Of a stretch of 64,000 bases of DNA, positions 30,616 through 41,536 are shown piece after piece. Origin of the DNA: Patescibacteria group bacterium (lineage in GTDB: Bacteria; Patescibacteriota; Patescibacteriia; PEXW01); NCBI GenBank assembly GCA_041665345.1, contig JBAYJA010000002.1:18649-82648 (forward strand), read 5' to 3'. Positions within the stretch are counted from its first letter, which is position 1. Each line of letters begins with the position of its first letter. The notes below the pieces were generated by a model that saw only the letters and a program-made list of their open reading frames with translations, did not search any database and was not told the DNA's origin. Made by a program: the position numbers and the translations under genes.

Positions 30616-31224
30616 ATGAGCTTCATTCTCGCCAAAAAGATTGGGATGTCCCAACGGTTCGCCGACAACGGTGACGTTGTGCCCGTGACCTTGCTGGAAG
30701 CAGGTCCGTGCGTGGTCACCCAGGTGAAAACCCAAGAAAAAGATGGCTACACGGCCATCCAGCTTGGTTTTGGCAAAGCGAAGCACATGTCAAAGGCACG
30801 CACTGGCCATTTGAAAGATTTGGCACCCAGCCAGTGGTTGCGAGAATTTTGGGTGGAGGATGCAAAAGGTTTGGATCGGGGAACGAAAGTTGATGCTTCA
30901 GTCTTTACCCCTGGTGATACCGTGGAAGTGAGCGGTACCTCCAAAGGCAAAGGCTTCCAAGGCGTCGTGCGGCGGCACCACTTCCGTGGGGGTCCGGCGA
31001 GCCACGGCCATAAAGACAACTTGCGCGCCCCAGGGTCTATTGGTGCAACCTTCCCCCAGCACGTGATGAAGGGCTTGCGCATGGCTGGCCGCATGGGCGG
31101 GGAGAAAACCACGGTCAAACACCTGAAAGTTGTGGAAGTGCTGGCTGACAAAAATTTGCTGGCAATTTCTGGCGCCATTCCCGGAAGCCGGGGTAGTTTG
31201 GTGCTGATCCGGAAAACTGCGTAA
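30616..31224 (+). CDS. rplC: 50S ribosomal protein L3
   Basis: Typical L3. Confidence 0.95.
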   Translation: MSFILAKKIGMSQRFADNGDVVPVTLLEAGPCVVTQVKTQEKDGYTAIQLGFGKAKHMSKARTGHLKDLAPSQWLREFWVEDAKGLDRGTKVDASVFTPGDTVEVSGTSKGKGFQGVVRRHHFRGGPASHGHKDNLRAPGSIGATFPQHVMKGLRMAGRMGGEKTTVKHLKVVEVLADKNLLAISGAIPGSRGSLVLIRKTA

Positions 31225-31229
31225 CCTGT

Positions 31230-31901
31230 ATGCCCGCGACGAAAACTCCCACTCCCGAAAAGTTGACCCTGGATGTGTTTTCCGTGACTGGCGAAAAGCA
31301 GAAGACGTTGGCGTTGGACGCAGACATTTTTGGCGTCAAGCCAGACACGGGTTTACTGCACGACGTGGTGGAAGCGCACTTGGCTAACCAGCGGTTGGGA
31401 CTGGCGCACACCAAGACCAAAGGCGAAGTGCGGGGTGGTGGGAAGAAGCCCTGGAAGCAGAAGGGGACTGGCCGCGCACGCACGGGTTCGATTCGCAACC
31501 CACAGTGGCGCGGGGGTGGTGTCACCTTTGGCCCACGTACGGGAGCAAACCACACCAAGAAGATCAACGTGAAAGCCAAGCGGAAGGCACTGGCCATGGC
31601 GCTGTCTGCCCAAGTTGCGGCTAAGCACGTCATTCTGGTGGAAGGTATGCCAACGGATGGAAAGACCAAGAGCGTCCACACGCTGTTGACCAAGCTTTCC
31701 GCACGACGGCGTGCCCTGCTGGTTCCTGCTGCACACTCCGCAGTCATTGTTCGGGCGACGCGGAACCACCCGGAAATCACCGTGCTTCGTTCCGACAGCC
31801 TGAATGTCTACGACGTCCTGCGCGCACATCGTGTTGTCCTCAGCGTGGATAGCTTGCCAGTGATTCGCAAAACTTTCTTCGCCGCTGCAGCCAAGGCGTA
31901 A
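31230..31901 (+). CDS. rplD: 50S ribosomal protein L4
   Basis: Typical L4. Confidence 0.95.
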   Translation: MPATKTPTPEKLTLDVFSVTGEKQKTLALDADIFGVKPDTGLLHDVVEAHLANQRLGLAHTKTKGEVRGGGKKPWKQKGTGRARTGSIRNPQWRGGGVTFGPRTGANHTKKINVKAKRKALAMALSAQVAAKHVILVEGMPTDGKTKSVHTLLTKLSARRRALLVPAAHSAVIVRATRNHPEITVLRSDSLNVYDVLRAHRVVLSVDSLPVIRKTFFAAAAKA

Positions 31902-31905
31902 TTCT

Positions 31906-32349
31906 ATGAGCCTGCTTGATAAATTCCGAAAAAAGCACGAGGCCGTTGGCCAAGAGAAGAAACCCACGAATGTGGTGAAAACTTCGGATGCGCCTAAGGA
32001 GAAAAAGGCTGAGGCAAAAGAAACGACAAAGCCCGTGAAGGCTGAAGCGCGCGTCCTGAAGAGTGACACCCGCCACGCGTACCGTGTCCTCCTCCGTCCG
32101 TTGATCACCGAAAAAGCCACTCGCTTGCAGCAAATCCACCAGTACACGTTTGCCGTCGCCAAGCGGGCGTCCAAAGTGGAAATCGCGCAGGCCATTCACG
32201 CGGCGTACGGCGTTCGGCCAACCATGGTGCGCACGCAGGTGGTGCACGGGAAAGCCGTTCGGTTTGGTCGGATGCAAGGCAGCCAGAAAGAGTGGAAGAA
32301 AGCCATTGTCTCGGTGCCGGCCGACAAGCATTTGAACATCAGCGAGTAA
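31906..32349 (+). CDS. rplW: 50S ribosomal protein L23 with ~50-aa Lys-rich N-terminal extension
   Basis: L23 core from YRVLLRPLITEKA onward, preceded by a K/E-rich tail. Confidence 0.9.
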   Translation: MSLLDKFRKKHEAVGQEKKPTNVVKTSDAPKEKKAEAKETTKPVKAEARVLKSDTRHAYRVLLRPLITEKATRLQQIHQYTFAVAKRASKVEIAQAIHAAYGVRPTMVRTQVVHGKAVRFGRMQGSQKEWKKAIVSVPADKHLNISE

Positions 32350-32353
32350 GTGT

Positions 32354-33193
<840 letters not shown>

Positions 33194-33196
33194 CCT

Positions 33197-33526
33197 ATGT
33201 CCCGCTCGCTTAAAAAAGGTCCATTCACCCACCCGAAGCTCTTGAAGAAAGTTGGTAAGCTTCGCCAAGGTGATAAGACGATCATCAAAACCTGGTCCCG
33301 CGATTCCGTCATTACACCGGAAATGGTGGGTTTCAGCTTTGGCGTGCACAATGGTCGCGTCCACGTAACGGTGAATGCTACGGAGAACATGGTGGGTCAC
33401 CGCCTGGGTGAGTTCTCACCAACCAAGAAATTTGTCCGTCACGGCGGAAAGATGCAGAAGGAGAACGAAATGGCTGCAGCCGCTGCAACCAAGCCCGCTG
33501 CTGCACCAGCTCCAGCGAAGAAGTAA
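33197..33526 (+). CDS. rpsS: 30S ribosomal protein S19 (C-terminal Ala/Pro/Lys tail)
   Basis: Typical S19 core. Confidence 0.95.
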   Translation: MSRSLKKGPFTHPKLLKKVGKLRQGDKTIIKTWSRDSVITPEMVGFSFGVHNGRVHVTVNATENMVGHRLGEFSPTKKFVRHGGKMQKENEMAAAAATKPAAAPAPAKK

Positions 33527-33535
33527 GGCATACCT

Positions 33536-34000
33536 ATGGCAACTGCTCCCAAAAAAGTGAAGAAGCCAGCCGTCGTGGCGCCCGAGCTGTACTCGGCCAC
33601 ACTGCGGCACTTGCGCATTTCCTCGCGGAAAGTGCGGTTGGTGGCTAACCTGATTCGGGGCAAAGCCGTGCTTGAAGCGCAGAATATTCTCACCCATTTG
33701 GCCAAAGGCAGCACAGGTCCGCTGCGGAAACTCCTGGACTCGGCCGTTGCCAATGCCAAACAAGCCGGGGAGAAAGTGGAAGGCTTGCACATTGCAAAAA
33801 TTACGGCTGACATGGCACCTCGCTTGGAACGCTACCGCCCCCGCGCAATGGGTCGCGCTGCCTTGATTCTGAAGCATGCATCGCACATCACGCTTTCCGT
33901 TGCGCATCGTGATATCCCCGTCGTCACCCCTGTGGCAAAAGCAAAGGCCGAGAAACAGCCTGCGTCCGTCACCCCTAAAGCCCCAGCGGCAAAAAGCTAA
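33536..34000 (+). CDS. rplV: 50S ribosomal protein L22 (C-terminal extension)
   Basis: Typical L22 core. Confidence 0.93.
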   Translation: MATAPKKVKKPAVVAPELYSATLRHLRISSRKVRLVANLIRGKAVLEAQNILTHLAKGSTGPLRKLLDSAVANAKQAGEKVEGLHIAKITADMAPRLERYRPRAMGRAALILKHASHITLSVAHRDIPVVTPVAKAKAEKQPASVTPKAPAAKS

Positions 34001-34004
34001 TTGT

Positions 34005-34667
34005 ATGGGACAGAAAGTTCACCCAACCGCGTTTCGCCTCGGCATCACCACGGAATGGAGCTCCAAGTGGTTCTCCGTGCGTGGTTTCCGCAGCCAGCTC
34101 CAAGAGGATGTGAAGGTAAAGTCCTTCATCCGCAAGAAGTTGAAGGCGGCTGCTGTTTCCCGCGTGGAAATTGAGCGCTCTGGGAATGCCATTACCGTAA
34201 CGATCGCGACGGCGAAACCTGGCATTGTCATTGGTCGCGGGGGAGCGGGAGTGGAAGATTTGAAGAAGCAGTTGGCTTCCTACTTCCCACCCAAGATGAA
34301 GTTCCGTCTGAACATTCAGGAAGTAGCAAACCCAGCACTGGTCGCGCAGTTGGTGGCGCAGAACATGATTGAGCAAATTGAGCGCCGTTTGCCTTTCCGC
34401 CGCATCCTCAAACAGTCTATTGAGCAGGTGAAGAAAGCTGGTGGCCAAGGGGTGAAAGTGATGGTTGCCGGCCGCTTGAATGGCTCAGACATTGCCCGCA
34501 CGGAAGCGCTCAGCTGGGGCAAACTCCCTTTGCAAACCCTTCGTGCTGACATTGACTTTGGTCGCGGCGCTGCTTTCACCACCTACGGTGCCGTGGGCGT
34601 AAAAGTCTGGCTGTACCGCGGCGACGTGTTCGCCAAGAAGGACGGCACTCCACCCGAGGTCAAGTAA
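34005..34667 (+). CDS. rpsC: 30S ribosomal protein S3
   Basis: [16 protein letters not shown] 34005 chosen over the upstream extension that overlaps rplV. Confidence 0.95.
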   Translation: MGQKVHPTAFRLGITTEWSSKWFSVRGFRSQLQEDVKVKSFIRKKLKAAAVSRVEIERSGNAITVTIATAKPGIVIGRGGAGVEDLKKQLASYFPPKMKFRLNIQEVANPALVAQLVAQNMIEQIERRLPFRRILKQSIEQVKKAGGQGVKVMVAGRLNGSDIARTEALSWGKLPLQTLRADIDFGRGAAFTTYGAVGVKVWLYRGDVFAKKDGTPPEVK

Positions 34668-34675
34668 CTATTTCT

Positions 34676-35092
34676 ATGCTTACTCCCAAGAAGGTCAAAC
34701 ACCGAAAGCACCACCGCGGGCACATCCGCGGGAATGCCACGCAAAAACTCCGCGTGAGTTTCGGCGCCTTTGGTTTGAAAGCTTTGGAGTCAGGATGGAT
34801 TAGCGCGCGGCAGATTGAAGCTGCCCGCCGTGCCATGACTCGCTTGCTGCAACGCGGTGGCAAAGTGTGGATCCGCATCTTCCCCGACAAGCCCGTGACC
34901 CTCAAAGGCTCAGAAATTCGCATGGGTGGCGGCAAAGGCCCAGTTGATCACTACGTAGCCATTATCAAACCCGGCACGGTGATGTTTGAACTGGATGGCG
35001 TTGCTGAAAGTGTCGCGCGGCGCGCCATGCAATTGGCGGCGTACAAGCTGGCCGTGAAGACGAGGTTTGTCACCAAGGCCGAAACCCTGTAG
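34676..35092 (+). CDS. rplP: 50S ribosomal protein L16
   Basis: Typical L16. Confidence 0.95.
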   Translation: MLTPKKVKHRKHHRGHIRGNATQKLRVSFGAFGLKALESGWISARQIEAARRAMTRLLQRGGKVWIRIFPDKPVTLKGSEIRMGGGKGPVDHYVAIIKPGTVMFELDGVAESVARRAMQLAAYKLAVKTRFVTKAETL

Positions 35093-35098
35093 AGTCCT

Positions 35099-35305
35099 AT
35101 GCACCTCACACTCAAAGAACTGAAGAACAAAACCGCCGAAGAACTTCGCCTGCACCTGGCTGAAGCACGCGAGCGCGTGCGCGACCTCCGTTTCCGGGTG
35201 GCGCAAGACAGCCACAAGGATGTGCGGGAAGTCCGGGAAGTCCGGCAGATGATTGCGCGCATTCTCACGCTCCTCCGCAAGCCGCACACTCCGTCTAAAG
35301 TCTAA
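35099..35305 (+). CDS. rpmC: 50S ribosomal protein L29
   Basis: Typical L29. Confidence 0.9.
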   Translation: MHLTLKELKNKTAEELRLHLAEARERVRDLRFRVAQDSHKDVREVREVRQMIARILTLLRKPHTPSKV

Positions 35306-35311
35306 TTTCGT

Positions 35312-35572
35312 ATGGAAACTGCAACTCCCAAAACCCGCGTGCCTCGATCCTTCAGTGGGGTTGTCACCGCAAATGCGATGACCAAAACCATTGTGGTTCG
35401 GGTTGACCGCATTCTGGTGCACCCCAAGTACGGCAAGCGCTACCGCGTGAGCAAGAAGTACCACGTGCACGCAGAGCAGGGGACTTTCCCCGTGGGAACC
35501 AAAGTGCAGTTTGTGGAATGTCGGCCGTACTCCAAGACCGTTCGGTGGCGCGTGCTCACCCCCACCGCGTAA
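35312..35572 (+). CDS. rpsQ: 30S ribosomal protein S17
   Basis: Typical S17. Confidence 0.93.
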   Translation: METATPKTRVPRSFSGVVTANAMTKTIVVRVDRILVHPKYGKRYRVSKKYHVHAEQGTFPVGTKVQFVECRPYSKTVRWRVLTPTA

Positions 35573-35578
35573 GCTCCT

Positions 35579-35950
35579 ATGGTACAACTTCGCTCAAAAC
35601 TCGTTTCTGCCGACAACACTGGCGCCCGCGACTTGCAGGTGATCACTGTGCTCAATGGCTACAAAAAGCGCTACGGGCAGATTGGCGACATTGTGAAGGT
35701 CGTGGTGAAAGCTGCGGTGCCGCATGCCGCCGTGAAGAAGAGTGAAATGTACCACGCCGTCATTGTGCGCCAGCGGAAAGAGTACCGTCGCGTGGACGGC
35801 TCCTACATTCGCTTCGATGACAACGCTGCGGTGATTGTTGACCCAAAGTCCAAAGAGCCCAAAGGCACCCGTATCTTTGGACCCGTGGCTCGCGAATTGA
35901 AGGCCATGGGCTACAGCAAACTCATTTCTCTCGCTCCTGAAGTTCTGTAA
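35579..35950 (+). CDS. rplN: 50S ribosomal protein L14
   Basis: Typical L14. Confidence 0.96.
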   Translation: MVQLRSKLVSADNTGARDLQVITVLNGYKKRYGQIGDIVKVVVKAAVPHAAVKKSEMYHAVIVRQRKEYRRVDGSYIRFDDNAAVIVDPKSKEPKGTRIFGPVARELKAMGYSKLISLAPEVL

Positions 35951-35954
35951 TTGT

Positions 35955-36269
35955 ATGCGACTCAAGACTGGCGACCAGGTACAAGTAGTGAGCGGACGCA
36001 ACCGCGGCAAGCAGGGCAAAGTCCTGCAGGTCTTTCCTGAGCGCGCCCTGGTGGTTGTGGATGGTTTGAACAAGCGCACGCGCCACATCCGCAGCAAGCA
36101 GACCCGCGACAAGGGACAGAAAGTGGAATTCTTTGCCCCCCTTCACGAATCCAACGTCATGCTGGTGTGCGCGTCCTGCGGAAAGCCCCGCCGGGCAAAA
36201 GTGCACGTGGGCACAGACAAGAAGAAGCAGCGCTTGTGCGCAAAGTGTGGTAAACCTTTTGGTGCCTAA
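35955..36269 (+). CDS. rplX: 50S ribosomal protein L24 with C-terminal CxxC...CxxC segment
   Basis: KOW-like N-terminus. C-terminal VCASCGKP...RLCAKCGKPF carries four Cys. Confidence 0.9.
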   Translation: MRLKTGDQVQVVSGRNRGKQGKVLQVFPERALVVVDGLNKRTRHIRSKQTRDKGQKVEFFAPLHESNVMLVCASCGKPRRAKVHVGTDKKKQRLCAKCGKPFGA

Positions 36270-36275
36270 TTCTCT

Positions 36276-36902
36276 ATGACTCCTCGCCTCCTCAAACTCT
36301 ACCGAACGACCGTCATCCCCGCCTTGCGTACCCGCTTGGGCGTGCAGAATGTGCATGCATTACCGCGTGTGACCAAAGTCGTTTTGAACACCAGCTTTGG
36401 CACGTCGGTGAAGGACCCCAAAATTCAGGAGACGGTAGTTTCCACCTTCACCCGCATTACCGGGCAGAAGCCGGTGCTCACCCGAGCCAAGAAATCTATT
36501 TCTGCTTTCAAATTGCGACAAGGGATGGTCATTGGTGCGAAAGTCACCTTGCGCGGTACCCGTATGTACGAATTTTTGGACAAGCTCATCAACGTTACTC
36601 TGCCGCGCGTCCGCGACTTCCGCGGCGTGTCACCCAAAGCATTTGACCGGCAGGGGAACTTCACGCTCGGCTTCCGCGAGCACTTAGCTTTTCCAGAAAT
36701 CCACACAGACGAAGTGGAAAAAATCCATGGTTTGGAAGTGATTGTGGCTACCTCGGCAAAAACCATTGACGCTGGCCGAACGTTGCTGGAACTCCTGGGT
36801 TTCCCTTTCCGCGACACCGCAGTTTCTGCTCGCACGCGGGAAGAAGAGAAGCTGGGCGCCAAGAAGCAAGCTCCCGTCGTGAAGAAATCCCCTTCAAAGT
36901 AA
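36276..36902 (+). CDS. rplE: 50S ribosomal protein L5
   Basis: Typical L5 with a Lys-rich C-terminal tail. Confidence 0.95.
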   Translation: MTPRLLKLYRTTVIPALRTRLGVQNVHALPRVTKVVLNTSFGTSVKDPKIQETVVSTFTRITGQKPVLTRAKKSISAFKLRQGMVIGAKVTLRGTRMYEFLDKLINVTLPRVRDFRGVSPKAFDRQGNFTLGFREHLAFPEIHTDEVEKIHGLEVIVATSAKTIDAGRTLLELLGFPFRDTAVSARTREEEKLGAKKQAPVVKKSPSK

Positions 36903-36911
36903 GCTCACCCT

Positions 36912-37097
36912 ATGGCTACAGCCGCACAAGTCGCAAAGTCCAAACGCACGCCCAAGTTCAGCTCCCGGCTGGTTCGCCGGTGCTGGCGCTGTGGTCGGCG
37001 GCGTGGGTACATGCGCAAGTTTGACCTCTGCCGCATCTGCGTGCGCGAGTTGGCCAACAAGGGCGAAATTCCTGGACTCCGTAAAGCTAGCTGGTAA
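36912..37097 (+). CDS. rpsN: 30S ribosomal protein S14 type Z (zinc-binding)
   Basis: 61 aa with CWRCGRRRG...CRIC. Confidence 0.93.
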   Translation: MATAAQVAKSKRTPKFSSRLVRRCWRCGRRRGYMRKFDLCRICVRELANKGEIPGLRKASW

Positions 37098-37100
37098 CCT

Positions 37101-37484
37101 ATGGACCCTATCGCAGACATGCTCACCCGGATTCGGAACGCTGGCTTAGCCCGGCACCGAACCGTCACCATTCCCCAATCGAAACTTCGTTTCGCGCTTG
37201 CCAGCGTACTCGTGCGCGAGCAGTACCTGGCTGCGGCAATTCCGGCTCCTGATGGCCGAACGTTCACCGTGACCTTGAAGTACCAGCCCAACGGTGCTCC
37301 GCACATCCAGGAATTGCATCGCTCGTCCACCCCTGGCCGTCGCTACTACGTTTCCGTGGGTGCAATCCCCCGGGTGAAGAACGGCTTGGGTATGGCGGTG
37401 CTCTCCACGTCCCAAGGTATTCTCACCGATCGGGAAGCTCGGAAAGCACGCACGGGCGGCGAGCTCCTCTGTACAGTCGCTTAA
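37101..37484 (+). CDS. rpsH: 30S ribosomal protein S8
   Basis: MDPIADMLTRIRNA. Confidence 0.95.
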   Translation: MDPIADMLTRIRNAGLARHRTVTIPQSKLRFALASVLVREQYLAAAIPAPDGRTFTVTLKYQPNGAPHIQELHRSSTPGRRYYVSVGAIPRVKNGLGMAVLSTSQGILTDREARKARTGGELLCTVA

Positions 37485-37493
37485 CTTTTTCCT

Positions 37494-38042
37494 ATGTCCC
37501 GCATTGGCAAACTCCCCATTCCCATCCCCGCCGGCACCACTGTGCGTTTCACCGCACCAGAAGTGGCGGTTTCGGGTACCAAAGGGAGCCTGACCTTCAA
37601 CCTGCACCACCGGGTGACATTGGACGTGCAGCCAACGGAGGTTCTGGTCAAAGTGCCAAACCCTGATAACCGGAATGATCGTGCGCTCTGGGGTCTGTGC
37701 CGCCAGCTGGTGGCAAATGCAGTGCACGGGGTGACCACGGGTTTTGAGAAGCGGTTGGAAATTACGGGCGTGGGCTTTAAAGCTGCAATGCAAGGCAAAG
37801 ACCTTCAACTGAACCTGGGCTTCTCTCATCCCATTCTCTTCGCTGCACCCGCTGGGATTACCCTGGGGGTGGAGAAGAATGTTATTATCGTGGGTGGGGT
37901 GGACAAGCAGGTGGTTGGAGAAACCGCTGCGCAAATTCGCCGTCTGAAGCCGCCGGAACCGTACAAGGGCAAGGGTCTGAAGTACGTGGGTGAAGTCATC
38001 CGCCGTAAAGCTGGTAAGGTCATGAAGGCCGCCGCAAAGTAA
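37494..38042 (+). CDS. rplF: 50S ribosomal protein L6
   Basis: MSRIGKLPIPIP. Confidence 0.95.
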   Translation: MSRIGKLPIPIPAGTTVRFTAPEVAVSGTKGSLTFNLHHRVTLDVQPTEVLVKVPNPDNRNDRALWGLCRQLVANAVHGVTTGFEKRLEITGVGFKAAMQGKDLQLNLGFSHPILFAAPAGITLGVEKNVIIVGGVDKQVVGETAAQIRRLKPPEPYKGKGLKYVGEVIRRKAGKVMKAAAK

Positions 38043-38046
38043 CTGT

Positions 38047-38415
38047 ATGCCTGTATCCACACGCACATCTCGTCGGTTTCGTCGGCACACTCGGATTCGC
38101 ACGCGCGTCTCCGGTACGGCAACGCGTCCACGCGTGAGCGTCTTCCGCAGCGCCGCGCACATTCGCGTGCAGCTCATTGATGACGTGGCTGGAAAAACTT
38201 TGGTTGCAGTAACCGATGAACAACTGAAAGCAATTCCCAAGGATGCAGAGCGCACGGGCAAGGTGGCCAAAGCCTACGCCGTGGGCCAAGCACTGGCTGA
38301 AGGTGCAAAAGCAAAAAAAATTACTGCCGTGGTCTTTGACCGCGCTGGTTACCGCTACCATGGCCGCGTTCGCGCCTTGGCTGAAGGCGCCCGCGCCGGA
38401 GGCTTAACTTTCTAA
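38047..38415 (+). CDS. rplR: 50S ribosomal protein L18
   Basis: Typical L18. Confidence 0.93.
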   Translation: MPVSTRTSRRFRRHTRIRTRVSGTATRPRVSVFRSAAHIRVQLIDDVAGKTLVAVTDEQLKAIPKDAERTGKVAKAYAVGQALAEGAKAKKITAVVFDRAGYRYHGRVRALAEGARAGGLTF

Positions 38416-38425
38416 TACTTTCGCT

Positions 38426-38944
38426 ATGCCCGCACCCCAACGACCAGGACGCTTCGGCCATCGACCTCACCGTGAACGTGAGAAGTCTGAGTTTGACCAG
38501 AAGACCATTGACCTCGCGCGCGTCACCCGCGTGGTCGCGGGTGGGAAGCGCATGCGCTTCCGCGCCTGTGTGGTTGTTGGTGATCGCAAAGGCCGGGTAG
38601 GCATGGGCGTGGCCAAAGGTGTGGACGTGCAGAGTGCCGTGGAAAAAGCGTCTACCGCCGCCAAGAAGCGCCTCGTCACTGTTGTTCTGGAACGCGGTAC
38701 CATTCCCCATGCAATTCAGGTCAAATTTGGTGCAGCCCTCGTCCTCCTCAAACCCGCCCCCCAAGGTTCTGGGGTTATTGCTGGCGGTGCCGCGCGTGCC
38801 GTGCTGGATCTGGCTGGGGTCACCAACATCAGCAGCAAGATGCTAGGTTCCAAGAACAAGGTGAATAATGTTCGTGCCGTGGTCATTGCGCTTAGCCGCT
38901 TGCAACCTCGCATGCGCGTGAAGACGAAGACCGCCAACGCTTAA
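38426..38944 (+). CDS. rpsE: 30S ribosomal protein S5
   Basis: Typical S5. rplO follows directly with no rpmD (L30) between them. Confidence 0.95.
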   Translation: MPAPQRPGRFGHRPHREREKSEFDQKTIDLARVTRVVAGGKRMRFRACVVVGDRKGRVGMGVAKGVDVQSAVEKASTAAKKRLVTVVLERGTIPHAIQVKFGAALVLLKPAPQGSGVIAGGAARAVLDLAGVTNISSKMLGSKNKVNNVRAVVIALSRLQPRMRVKTKTANA

Positions 38945-38948
38945 CTCT

Positions 38949-39458
38949 ATGGCAACCACGCTCCACACCCTCAAACCCAACAAAGGTAGCCGCAAGCGCA
39001 GTGTGCGTATTGGACGTGGGAACGCGTCTGGTCATGGTGCGTACAGTGGCCGAGGTATCAAAGGCCAACGCGCCCGAAGTGGTGGCCGGAAGAACCTGGC
39101 TCGCCGGGGTTTGAAGCAAATGCTCATGCAGTTGCCCAAGAACCGCGGTTTCCGGAGCATGCACGCAGCGGCAGCGGTGGTGAATCTCTCCCTCTTGCAA
39201 TCAACCTTTCCTGCACATACGCATGTGACCCCAGTGCTCCTGCTCCGCCGGAAGCTCATCACCAGCACCAAGTATGTGAAAATCTTGGGTGATGGGACAT
39301 TGAAGAATGCATTGGATGTGCACGCGCATGCGTTTTCTGCGACGGCCAAAACTGCCATTGAAAAAGCTGGGGGCACTGTGCATATCATGGTGGTTCCAAA
39401 GCAACCCACGCCTCGCCGTCAGGCAGAGCGTCTCGCCAAAGCCGCAGCTGCGGCCTAG
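38949..39458 (+). CDS. rplO: 50S ribosomal protein L15
   Basis: Typical L15. Confidence 0.93.
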   Translation: MATTLHTLKPNKGSRKRSVRIGRGNASGHGAYSGRGIKGQRARSGGRKNLARRGLKQMLMQLPKNRGFRSMHAAAAVVNLSLLQSTFPAHTHVTPVLLLRRKLITSTKYVKILGDGTLKNALDVHAHAFSATAKTAIEKAGGTVHIMVVPKQPTPRRQAERLAKAAAAA

Positions 39459-39473
39459 CGCCATACACAAACC

Positions 39474-40760
39474 ATGCTAGAACGCCTCCGTCAGCTCTGG
39501 AACGTCCGAGAACTGCGGAATAAAATTCTGTTCGTGCTTGGAATGCTCGTGATTTTTCGCATTCTGGCACATATTCCCATTCCGGCCATAGACGCAGCGG
39601 GTCTGAAGTCCTTCCTCTCCGGCAACCCACTGCTTGGGCTTTTGAATTTGTTCTCCGGTGGTGGTCTGGAAAACTTCTCCATTGTCATGTTGGGTGTGGG
39701 GCCGTACATTACGGCTTCCATTATCATGCAGCTGCTCACCATGATTGTGCCAAAGCTGGAAGCGATTCAGAAAGACGGTGAGTCAGGGCAAGCAAAAATT
39801 AACCAGTATACGCGCTACCTGACACTGCCCATGGCTTTGCTCCAGGGTTTTAGCACCCTCACGTTCCTGCGGCAGCAAGCGGGCGGGGCTTCCGTGCTTG
39901 GCGCCATCTCCCCGTTTGACATGGTTGTGGCTCTTGCGGCAATTTTGGGCGGCACCATGCTGCTCATGTGGATTGGTGAACTTATCTCCGAGAAAAAAGT
40001 TGGGAACGGCATTTCTCTACTCATTTTTGCTGGGATCATCGCCCAGCTCCCGCAGTCGGTGCAGCAGACGGTCAGCGTCATTGATCAAACGCAAATTCTG
40101 ACCATTGTCTCTTTCTTGGTCATTGGACTCATTACCATTGCGGGTGTGGTTTTTGTCACCGAAGGGCAGCGGAATATCCCCGTGACCTACGCCAAGCGGG
40201 CAATTGGTACTAGCTCTATGGGTGGGGTAAACACGCACCTCCCTTTGCGGGTGAACCAGGCCGGCGTTATCCCCATTATTTTCGCCGTGTCTATCATTCT
40301 CTTCCCCCCACTCATTGCGCAGTTTTTCACCACGAGCGCTACTCCGTGGATTGCAAACCTGGCGGTGTGGGTTCGGGATTTTTTCCAAAATCAGACCTAC
40401 TACGGGCTCATGTACTTTATCTTGGTCGTGGCGTTTACGTACTTCTACACCGCCGTGGTTTTCCAGCCCCAGCAAATTGCTGAAAACCTCCAGAAGCAAG
40501 GCGGGTTCATTCCTGGCATTCGTCCCGGCACACCCACAGCGCACTACCTGAGCTACGTCAGCAATCGTATTATCTTGGGTGGCGCGCTTTTCTTGGGTCT
40601 CATTGCGGTTTTGCCCACAATCTTGCAGTCATTTTCCAACATGCAGTCAATTGCCATTGGCGGTACTAGTTTGCTCATCGTCGTCAGCGTCGTACTGGAA
40701 ATGCTGAAGCAAGTGCAGGCGCAGCTGGTGATGCGGGACTACGAGTCATTCTACAAGTAA
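39474..40760 (+). CDS. secY: Preprotein translocase SecY
   Basis: 10-TM SecY. 428 aa. Confidence 0.96.
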   Translation: MLERLRQLWNVRELRNKILFVLGMLVIFRILAHIPIPAIDAAGLKSFLSGNPLLGLLNLFSGGGLENFSIVMLGVGPYITASIIMQLLTMIVPKLEAIQKDGESGQAKINQYTRYLTLPMALLQGFSTLTFLRQQAGGASVLGAISPFDMVVALAAILGGTMLLMWIGELISEKKVGNGISLLIFAGIIAQLPQSVQQTVSVIDQTQILTIVSFLVIGLITIAGVVFVTEGQRNIPVTYAKRAIGTSSMGGVNTHLPLRVNQAGVIPIIFAVSIILFPPLIAQFFTTSATPWIANLAVWVRDFFQNQTYYGLMYFILVVAFTYFYTAVVFQPQQIAENLQKQGGFIPGIRPGTPTAHYLSYVSNRIILGGALFLGLIAVLPTILQSFSNMQSIAIGGTSLLIVVSVVLEMLKQVQAQLVMRDYESFYK

Positions 40761-40855
40761 GCGACGTCATGTACACTTTGCACAGACGCCGAGCAGTCGC
40801 CCAGCGTTGATTTTGCAGTTTCTCTCGTCTACGGTATAGTATTCAAGCACGACAC

Positions 40856-41536
40856 ATGTCTACCTCACACGCTCGCCCAATGAACCTAGTGCTCCTTGGC
40901 CCACCAGGCTCGGGGAAAGGCACGCAGAGTCAGCTCCTTGAGGAGCGTTTTTCGTTATACCATTTGGGAACAGGTGATTTGATCAGAGCAGTTTTGCATC
41001 GTGCAGGTGGGACGGATACTTTTGCGAATGAGGTGCAGGAACGCTACAGCGCTGGGGTACCGCAGCCCGACCACGTCATACTGGAAATGGTGGAGCACGA
41101 ACTGACCCGTTTGCACCACAAAACCGGTTTTGTCTTTGACGCTTTTCCACTTTCGCTACCCCAGGCAATTGATCTGGAGCGGATGGTACAGAAGTTTGAT
41201 ATGCGGGCGCCCATTGCCATCTCCATTGATGTGATTCGGGAGGAAGCTGTACGCCGCCTCACCCTGCGGAAGTACTGCCCAAATGACAAACTGGTTTTCC
41301 ACCCGCAGGACGCTGATTACAAAGGCAACCACTGTCATATCTGTAGTGCAGAACTCCAGCATCGATCAGATGACACACCGGAAATTGCTGGGAAGCGGTA
41401 CGATGGGTACGTGCAGCGTATTCTGGATTTGAAAGCTTTCTACAAGGAACGTGGTCGTCTGCTGGATGTGAATGGTGAGCAACCCATCAAGGCTGTTTTC
41501 AACGACATCCTTCACGCACTGGTGCCATACCTATGA
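40856..41536 (+). CDS. adk: Adenylate kinase (zinc-lid type)
   Basis: GPPGSGKGTQ P-loop. Lid with CPND...CHICS. Confidence 0.93.
   Translation: MSTSHARPMNLVLLGPPGSGKGTQSQLLEERFSLYHLGTGDLIRAVLHRAGGTDTFANEVQERYSAGVPQPDHVILEMVEHELTRLHHKTGFVFDAFPLSLPQAIDLERMVQKFDMRAPIAISIDVIREEAVRRLTLRKYCPNDKLVFHPQDADYKGNHCHICSAELQHRSDDTPEIAGKRYDGYVQRILDLKAFYKERGRLLDVNGEQPIKAVFNDILHALVPYL

Noticed and set aside
26537-31780. Numerous long antisense ORFs inside fusA, tuf, rplC, rplD and other ribosomal genes (e.g. 27587-28624 -, 29297-30118 -, 31353-32195 -)
   Set aside because: High-GC shadow frames opposite highly conserved, unambiguous genes. Their compositions are Arg/Gly/His-biased and there is no homology.
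33876-34004. Upstream extension of rpsC overlapping rplV
   Set aside because: S3 begins [10 protein letters not shown] at 34005. The extension is the 3' end of rplV read in another frame.
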